Positions 58,343 to 64,000 of a DNA stretch of 64,000 nucleotides are shown here, piece by piece. Every line of letters begins with the position of its first letter. Position 1 is the stretch's first letter. A program made the position numbers and the translations under genes. The stretch spans positions 5,952,001-6,016,000 of the forward strand of contig OZ244065.1 in NCBI GenBank assembly GCA_965215505.1, in the 5' to 3' direction. The stretch is from Capsulimonadaceae bacterium (GTDB lineage Bacteria > Armatimonadota > Armatimonadia > Armatimonadales > Capsulimonadaceae). Below the pieces are notes generated by a model, which was not told the DNA's origin, searched no databases, and saw only the letters and a program-made list of their open reading frames with translations.

Positions 58343-60115
58343 TCATCTCTCGTTCAGCAGGTGGGCCTCGCCGCCCGGCGAGATCGTGTAGCGGAGTTTC
58401 GTGACCTCATGTTCGGGGTCCCAATCTTCCATGCGGTCGTTCGTGACCAGGGGCGCTCCCAGCAGTTTGGCCGCCCGCAGCAGCACCTCATCCGCCTGGG
58501 TGCCGGCATCCACCAGCAGGAGTTCCGAGTTGTCGCGCAGGCCGCGCAGGGCGGCCGGTTCGTCAATGGAATAGGGCAGGTTGGCGTCGGCGTACAGGAC
58601 GACCGGGAAGAAGCCGCGCGCCCACAGTGCGCGCCGCACGGCCCGCAGGTGGCGCAGGCGCGGCTGACCGTGGACCAGCGATTCCTGGTCGAACCAGGCG
58701 ACGTTGCTGCCGTCCACCACGGCCGGCCCGCGCGGCGTCCGGCGCAACGGGATGAGGCGGGCGGGGTCGTCCGAGGCGGCCTGTTCCAGCGCGGCCCAGA
58801 TGCGGGCGTGGCCGGCGGGGTCGGCGGCTCCCAGGGCAACCAGGGCGGAGCGGACGGCGTCCACGAGCGCCCCGCCGCGATCTACGGCCTCGATGACCGA
58901 GCGCGCGGTCGCTGTCAGGCCCGGTTCCAGTCTCATCGCCAGTTTCAGCGGCAGAGGGTCGTCCGGCCCGAGCGCGCCGGGCGGCGGCATCAGGACGGGG
59001 GCCAGCGGCGTCTGCGTCACGATGATGTTCGCCAGCCAGCCGTGTGCGTAGGGGTCCGCCCCGCGCAGCTTGGACAGCAGAAGACGGCCCGCCTCGACGC
59101 CCGCCGCGTCGGCGGGCGAGAGCGCAGACAAATACTGCCGGGCCTCGGCCTCCGCCCCCTCGGGGCGTGCCACCAGCCGCAGCAGGCGTCGCAGGGTTTC
59201 GGCGGCGGCAACCGTCTCCTGCCGCGTGATCTCGACGCCCAGCAGGCGACGGGCATAGGCGGCGGCGGAACGGAGGTCCTTTTTGCCCTCCATCGCCCGG
59301 CTCGCGATGTCCAGGGCGTCGGCGTCGTCCGCATCCGCCTTCAGCACGTCCTCGGCCAGCGCCAGCGCCACATCATGTTTGCCCTTGTCCAGCAGGTGCC
59401 GCGCCGCCGTCAGCCACGGAGAAACGGTGGGGACCGCCCCGGCCGAGGCGGCGCGCGTGGAACGGGCGGGCAAGGAAGGCGGCGGCGAGACTTTGTCCTC
59501 ACTGAGCGCCTTCAGCAGCCGCGTCTCCGTCTGCTCCGCGCGCGCCACCTGACGCTCCAGGCGGCTGATCCGGTCCGCCTGCTTTTTGGCGAGGGCGAGC
59601 GACTCGTCGCGCCCCGCCTCCGCCGCTCTCCTGGCCTTCAGTGCCGCTTCTGTTTCCGCCTGAGCCATCCCAAGGGCCTGCCGCGCCTCGTCGCGCTCCC
59701 GCCGCCGCTGGTCCCGCTCGGCACGGACGGCGGCCACCGCGTCCGGCTTATCGGGAGTCGGGGACGCTCGGGGTGGGGTGGGGGGCGTCTTCGGGGGGGC
59801 GGGCGCGGGTGCAGGCTCCACCTCGGCGATCTCGCGCAGCTTGTCGGCCAGCGCGGCGTCCTTCACGGCGGCGAGGACGAGCCGGGTGCGGACGAGGGGA
59901 TTGGCATAGCCCTTGGCGTCCGTGCGGAAGCCGAGAAAAGCCTGGCTGACGCCGAATCCGTGGTCCGGGTCTTTGAGCAGGGCGAGGACGGCGGCGGGCC
60001 GGACGCGGGAAAGCCAGCCCCGCACCGTGGCCGCGTCGAGCGGTTCCGCTTCGGGTTCGGCGGTTTCAGCCTTCGCCGGCTCCGGGTCGTTTGCGACCGG
60101 GGCGTCCTCTTCCAT
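58343..60115 (-). CDS. Coiled-coil/TPR protein with C-terminal NYN/PIN (Zc3h12a-like) RNase domain
   Basis: VVDGSNVA, ADA, ADEVLL, VTNDRM.DW. Confidence 0.8.
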   Translation of the reverse strand: MEEDAPVANDPEPAKAETAEPEAEPLDAATVRGWLSRVRPAAVLALLKDPDHGFGVSQAFLGFRTDAKGYANPLVRTRLVLAAVKDAALADKLREIAEVEPAPAPAPPKTPPTPPRASPTPDKPDAVAAVRAERDQRRRERDEARQALGMAQAETEAALKARRAAEAGRDESLALAKKQADRISRLERQVARAEQTETRLLKALSEDKVSPPPSLPARSTRAASAGAVPTVSPWLTAARHLLDKGKHDVALALAEDVLKADADDADALDIASRAMEGKKDLRSAAAYARRLLGVEITRQETVAAAETLRRLLRLVARPEGAEAEARQYLSALSPADAAGVEAGRLLLSKLRGADPYAHGWLANIIVTQTPLAPVLMPPPGALGPDDPLPLKLAMRLEPGLTATARSVIEAVDRGGALVDAVRSALVALGAADPAGHARIWAALEQAASDDPARLIPLRRTPRGPAVVDGSNVAWFDQESLVHGQPRLRHLRAVRRALWARGFFPVVLYADANLPYSIDEPAALRGLRDNSELLLVDAGTQADEVLLRAAKLLGAPLVTNDRMEDWDPEHEVTKLRYTISPGGEAHLLNER

Positions 60116-60118
60116 GGC

Positions 60119-61231
60119 TCAGGCCGCCCCTGCCAGGACGGGCAGGGGCCGCTCGGCGGGCCGCCGCCGGGTCGCCTCGGTCACGAGCTGCCCGCAGGCG
60201 GCGGCGATCTGTTTCCCGCGCTCCTTGCGCTGGGTCACGGTGATGCCGGCGTCCTCCAGTATCTTGCGGAAGGCAAAGATGCGCGAGGACTCGGGCCGCC
60301 CGAACGGCTCCGCCACGGACGTCGGGTTGTAGGGGATGACGTTCACCGCCGCCCCCATCCCCTTGATCAGCCGGGCCAGCTCGCGGGCGTGTTCCGGCTC
60401 ATCGTTGACATTGCGCAGCAGGACATACTCAAAGGTCAGCCGCCGCCCCGTGTGTTCGGCGTAGCCCCGGCAGGCCGTCATCAGCCGATCCAAGGGGTAG
60501 GTCTTGTTAACGGGGACCAGACGTGTCCGCAGAACGTCGTTCGGCGCGTGGAGCGACACGGCCAGGGTGAGCTGCAAGTTTTCGGCGGCCAGCTTCTCGA
60601 TGTTCGGGACGATGCCGACCGTGGACAGCGTGATGTGGCGCATGGCGATCCCGCACTCGGCGTTTAGGATTTTGATCGCCTTCAGCACGGCGTCGTAGTT
60701 CAGCAGCGGCTCGCCCATGCCCATCAGAACGATGTGGCTGATGCGGCGCGCTGACAGAGACTGGAGCAGAAGGTACTGAGACACGATCTCGCCCGCCGAA
60801 AGGTTGCGCGTCAACCCCTGCGTCCCCGTCGCGCAGAAGGCGCAGGCCATCGGGCAGCCCGCCTGCGTCGAGAGGCACACCGAGACGCGCTTCTCGTCGG
60901 GCAGCAGGACGCACTCGATGGGGTGCCCGCCCTTCGTCAGCTTCGCCAGGGCCTTCACCGTGCCGTCGCGCGGGTCTTCCTGCTTCTGCGTCAGTGCGAG
61001 GGGCGGCCCGGCGAAGTGTTCCGTCAGGGCACCCCGCGCGCTCCGAGGCAGGTCGGTCATGGCGGCGAAGTCCGCCGCAAACCCGCCGCCCTCTTCGGGC
61101 ATGGGGCGGCGGTACAGCCATTCGGCCACCTGCGACCCCCGGTACGCCGGCAGGCCCGCCGCCTCGGCCACGAGGGCGCGGATTTCTTCCGTCGTGTGCC
61201 CGATCAAACTCTCAAATTGATGTTCTACCAC
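60119..61231 (-). CDS. rlmN: 23S rRNA m2A2503 methyltransferase
   Basis: CLSTQAGCPMACAFCATG, MGMGEP, SLHAP, AACGQL; start approximate. Confidence 0.96.
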   Translation of the reverse strand: MVEHQFESLIGHTTEEIRALVAEAAGLPAYRGSQVAEWLYRRPMPEEGGGFAADFAAMTDLPRSARGALTEHFAGPPLALTQKQEDPRDGTVKALAKLTKGGHPIECVLLPDEKRVSVCLSTQAGCPMACAFCATGTQGLTRNLSAGEIVSQYLLLQSLSARRISHIVLMGMGEPLLNYDAVLKAIKILNAECGIAMRHITLSTVGIVPNIEKLAAENLQLTLAVSLHAPNDVLRTRLVPVNKTYPLDRLMTACRGYAEHTGRRLTFEYVLLRNVNDEPEHARELARLIKGMGAAVNVIPYNPTSVAEPFGRPESSRIFAFRKILEDAGITVTQRKERGKQIAAACGQLVTEATRRRPAERPLPVLAGAA

Positions 61232-61296
61232 ACCTGAGAGTATACCCGGAATGGGAGTCGGCGTCAACGAGCGGTCGGAGCGGACAGATCCGAACA

Positions 61297-61323
61297 TACA
61301 GAAACGGCGGATTCTCCCGATAA
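61297..61323 (+). promoter_or_regulatory. Sigma28 (FliA/WhiG)-like promoter
   Basis: TACAGAAA-N11-CCCGATAA, mirrored at 63564. Confidence 0.65.
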
Positions 61324-61330
61324 TACTGCC

Positions 61331-61774
61331 ATGATGGGAATGCCATTACTTGATCTAATGAAGGATGATCGCGGGCAAGAACGGACGTTCAAGCGTTACC
61401 GCGTCAATCTCCCCCTGTTCGTCCATGAGAACGCCGGGAGGGCCGCCGTGCCGGGTCTGGCACACAACATCAGTCTGAGTGGCATCGGCTTCGTCTGCCT
61501 GGAACACTTCGAGCCTGAGGCCATGGTCGAACTCGAGATCACGCTTGAGGCTCGGGCTTATCTCCTGCTCGCGCGCGTCTGCCGGTGCCGCCGGCTCGAT
61601 CTGCCCGGCGACCTGCTGTACCACTACGGGACACAGTTCGTGCGGACCGAGGCCGTCCTGCGGTTCATCCCCGAGGCCGCCGAGTTCCTGCTCGCTCAGG
61701 GCGGCGACCGGCGGACGGTCCGGGTCCCCGGCAGCACGCCCAGCCGGACGCCCGCCACGTCCCCGGTCGGGTAG
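61331..61774 (+). CDS. PilZ domain protein
   Basis: RTFKR (RxxxR), NISLSG. Confidence 0.82.
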   Translation: MMGMPLLDLMKDDRGQERTFKRYRVNLPLFVHENAGRAAVPGLAHNISLSGIGFVCLEHFEPEAMVELEITLEARAYLLLARVCRCRRLDLPGDLLYHYGTQFVRTEAVLRFIPEAAEFLLAQGGDRRTVRVPGSTPSRTPATSPVG

Positions 61775-63519
61775 CAGCCCATCTTCAAGGCCGGGCTGGC
61801 GGCGGGAACGCGGAAGTCGCTGGTCACATAATCCCCGAAGGTGAACGCGCCCACTGTGCTGCCCTGCTCCAGCCCCAGGTCGTTGCGGACGGCGGCCAGT
61901 GTGTCGTACTGCTTGTTCCGCCGCCAGGCCGCCCCCCAATGGAACAGAGCCGGCCCGTCGGGGTTGGAGTAAAAGTTGTCCGCGAACGTCAGCCGCAGAG
62001 TCTCCAAGGACAGCCCCATCGGCTGGCCTTTGGCGTCCTTCGCGACGTAATCCCCGGCCAGGTTCTGCGCCGCCTGCCCGGCATCGGCCTTCTTCCCCTG
62101 CCTCGCCCGCGGCCAGTGGCGCTCGTCGCCCACGTCGAACCACCCCCACGTCTGCGCGTCCCGGTTGCCCGCGATGACGTTGTGCCGGATGACCTCGTCG
62201 TGGTTCCAGACTGCCTCCTCGGGCGTGCCCGGCTTCGCGCCCCGGCGCGGCGTCGTCCGCCCCTGTTCGCGAAAGTCAAAGCCTTCCCTGTTGGCAACCA
62301 GCAGGTTGCGCTCGATGACGCAGCCCGGCGACGAGGACAGGCAGATGCCCGCCTGCGCCCCCCAACCGCCCGGCGTGTCCGCCAGGCCGTTGCCTACGAT
62401 CACGTTGTCGTGGGCGCGAAGGCCGAATGAGATCTCGTAGAAGATGCCCGCATCCTCGTTGCCCGAAATCAGGCAGCGGCTCACCTCGGCGTCCTCGTTG
62501 CCGATGTCGAACCAGACGCCCGCGCCCCGGTTCTCCAGGATGCGGCAGTGGTCCAGGACGGGGTGGCGCGACAGCACGATCTTCAGCCCGCCCGCCTCCC
62601 AGCCCCGGCTGAAGTCTTTCGTGTTGTTGTTGCGGACCAGGCAGTCCGTCAGCCGCAGCCGGTCCGCGCCGCCCGCGCCGAAGCCGAGCTGGCCGTTGTC
62701 CTGGAAGGCACAGCGCTCCACGGTGATGTCGGGGGCGACGAACGAGGCCCCGCTGCCGTTGGTGCGCTCGGCCGTGCAGTCCTGGACCACGTCGTGACGC
62801 CCCGCAAACCGGATCGCCCCCTGCTGGGCGGCATTGGCGGCGTACCGGAACCTGACCCCGCGCAGCGAGACGTAATTCCCCTTGCATTCCCACAAGACGG
62901 CGCGCGTGGACGCCTCTGTGGGCACGGCGTTCAGGTCCTCGCCGCCCGCGCTCCAGGCGTACAGCCGCTTCCCGTCCAGGTCGGCGAAGAAGTCCCCCCG
63001 GCCCAGGGCCTCCCGGCGCAGGACCTGGTGCAGCATGTAGTTCCTGACAAAGACCTGCTCGGCCCGCCCGATCAGCAGGTGGTAGTCGTCGTCCGGGTGC
63101 GTGTGCGCCGGCCCGCCGAGGAACGTGTAGGGCCAGGGGACGCTATAGACCGCATCCGGGCCGGGTTCCTTCCGCCACCCCGTCAGCCGGTCCGCGCCTG
63201 TGACGACCACGTTCGCGGCGGGCGCGGCCTCAAACCGAATGGGCCTGGCCGCTGTCCCATCCATCCCGACGGTGACGCTCTCCCGATAGACCCCCGCGTG
63301 GATCAGCACCGTGTCGCCAGGCTTGACCGACTGCGCCGCCGCGCCGATGGTGCGGAACTGATGGTCCCCATCAACAGCCGGGAGCGGGGCGGGGGCGACG
63401 TGGAAGACGCGCCCCCGCCCCGCGCCCAGTACGCCCGGTTGTAAGCTGAAAAGGCCGAAAACGGCTGCCAGGAGCGGCGCGGCGGCGCGGCGGATCATTC
63501 CCGCTGCTAATTTGTTCAT
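61696..63519 (-). CDS. Exported right-handed parallel beta-helix protein
   Basis: Signal peptide, FRTI..AA, PGDTV..HAGVYRE, repeated N-x-G motifs. Confidence 0.85.
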   Translation of the reverse strand: MNKLAAGMIRRAAAPLLAAVFGLFSLQPGVLGAGRGRVFHVAPAPLPAVDGDHQFRTIGAAAQSVKPGDTVLIHAGVYRESVTVGMDGTAARPIRFEAAPAANVVVTGADRLTGWRKEPGPDAVYSVPWPYTFLGGPAHTHPDDDYHLLIGRAEQVFVRNYMLHQVLRREALGRGDFFADLDGKRLYAWSAGGEDLNAVPTEASTRAVLWECKGNYVSLRGVRFRYAANAAQQGAIRFAGRHDVVQDCTAERTNGSGASFVAPDITVERCAFQDNGQLGFGAGGADRLRLTDCLVRNNNTKDFSRGWEAGGLKIVLSRHPVLDHCRILENRGAGVWFDIGNEDAEVSRCLISGNEDAGIFYEISFGLRAHDNVIVGNGLADTPGGWGAQAGICLSSSPGCVIERNLLVANREGFDFREQGRTTPRRGAKPGTPEEAVWNHDEVIRHNVIAGNRDAQTWGWFDVGDERHWPRARQGKKADAGQAAQNLAGDYVAKDAKGQPMGLSLETLRLTFADNFYSNPDGPALFHWGAAWRRNKQYDTLAAVRNDLGLEQGSTVGAFTFGDYVTSDFRVPAASPALKMGCYPTGDVAGVRLGVLPGTRTVRRSPP

Positions 63520-63563
63520 GATGCACTCGTTATAGCATAAGCAGGCACAGAAACTCAGCGGCG

Positions 63564-63590
63564 TACAGAAACGGCTCGGCCTGCCGATAA
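63564..63590 (+). promoter_or_regulatory. Sigma28 (FliA/WhiG)-like promoter
   Basis: TACAGAAA-N11-GCCGATAA. Confidence 0.7.
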
Positions 63591-63597
63591 TGACGGC

Positions 63598-64000
63598 ATG
63601 ACACTGTCACTCAGCGAAGCCCTGACGGAGCGGTCCGGCCAGCGGCGGGCCTTCCAGCGATACCCCGTGAGCCTGACGGTCCTGGTGCAGCCGGCCCCGG
63701 AAAACGGCGTCCTGCGCCGCCGGGGGGTGACGACCGCCCTCGTGACGAACGCCAGCCTGTCCGGCCTGGTCTTCGTCTCCAACCGCCCGCACCCGCCCGG
63801 CTCCCTGGTCGAGATCCAGATCAGCCTCGGCGCGCACGTCCACCGCGTCCGGGCCATCGTCCGCCGCAGCCAGATCCTGACTCTGCCGGGGCGTCGGGCG
63901 TTTGAATGCGCCGCCCAGCTCGTGCGGGGCGAGGAAGTGACGCGGTTCATCCCCGCCCTGGCCCGGCACCTGTATCAGCACCGGCTCGGCCGGGACACTC
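63598..64000 (+). CDS. Second PilZ domain protein, runs off the window (not in ORF track)
   Basis: MTLSLSEALTERSGQRRAFQRYPVSL...NASLSG; paralogous to 61331. Confidence 0.8.
   Translation, partial: MTLSLSEALTERSGQRRAFQRYPVSLTVLVQPAPENGVLRRRGVTTALVTNASLSGLVFVSNRPHPPGSLVEIQISLGAHVHRVRAIVRRSQILTLPGRRAFECAAQLVRGEEVTRFIPALARHLYQHRLGRDT

Noticed and set aside
58007-60667. 886-aa plus-strand ORF and similar long Arg/Gly/Pro-rich ORFs (e.g. 13036-15057, 52705-54567)
   Set aside because: High-GC shadow frames opposite well-supported genes

Overview
High-GC bacterial chromosomal window. An Armatimonadota-like origin is only a weak inference from gene content and style. It is mostly core genes: purQ, purS, purB, leuS, queE, pyrK, pyrD, trpE with a Trp-rich leader-peptide attenuator, fba, rlmN, phnDCE, comEA, an MCP, tRNA-Asp and tRNA-Pro. 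Mobile DNA consists of a solo-tnpB IS605-group element with a 4-nt slippage frameshift, a Y1/HUH transposase boxed by 58-bp inverted repeats, and dispersed REP-like palindromes. Main oddities: (1) a low-GC cassette beside leuS with an RHH/AT-hook protein, a PBECR/RelE-like nuclease candidate and a convergent, self-promoted, structured ~175-nt ncRNA candidate; (2) an ECF sigma factor fused to a PilB/GspE N2-like domain, whose start sits in nine 14-bp repeats forming a chain of stop-start-coupled MSDLT minigenes; (3) a palindromic element inserted in frame inside trpE; (4) shared alternative-sigma leaderless promoters in front of paralog pairs. All family calls come from motif recognition by eye; no database searches or folding computations were run.
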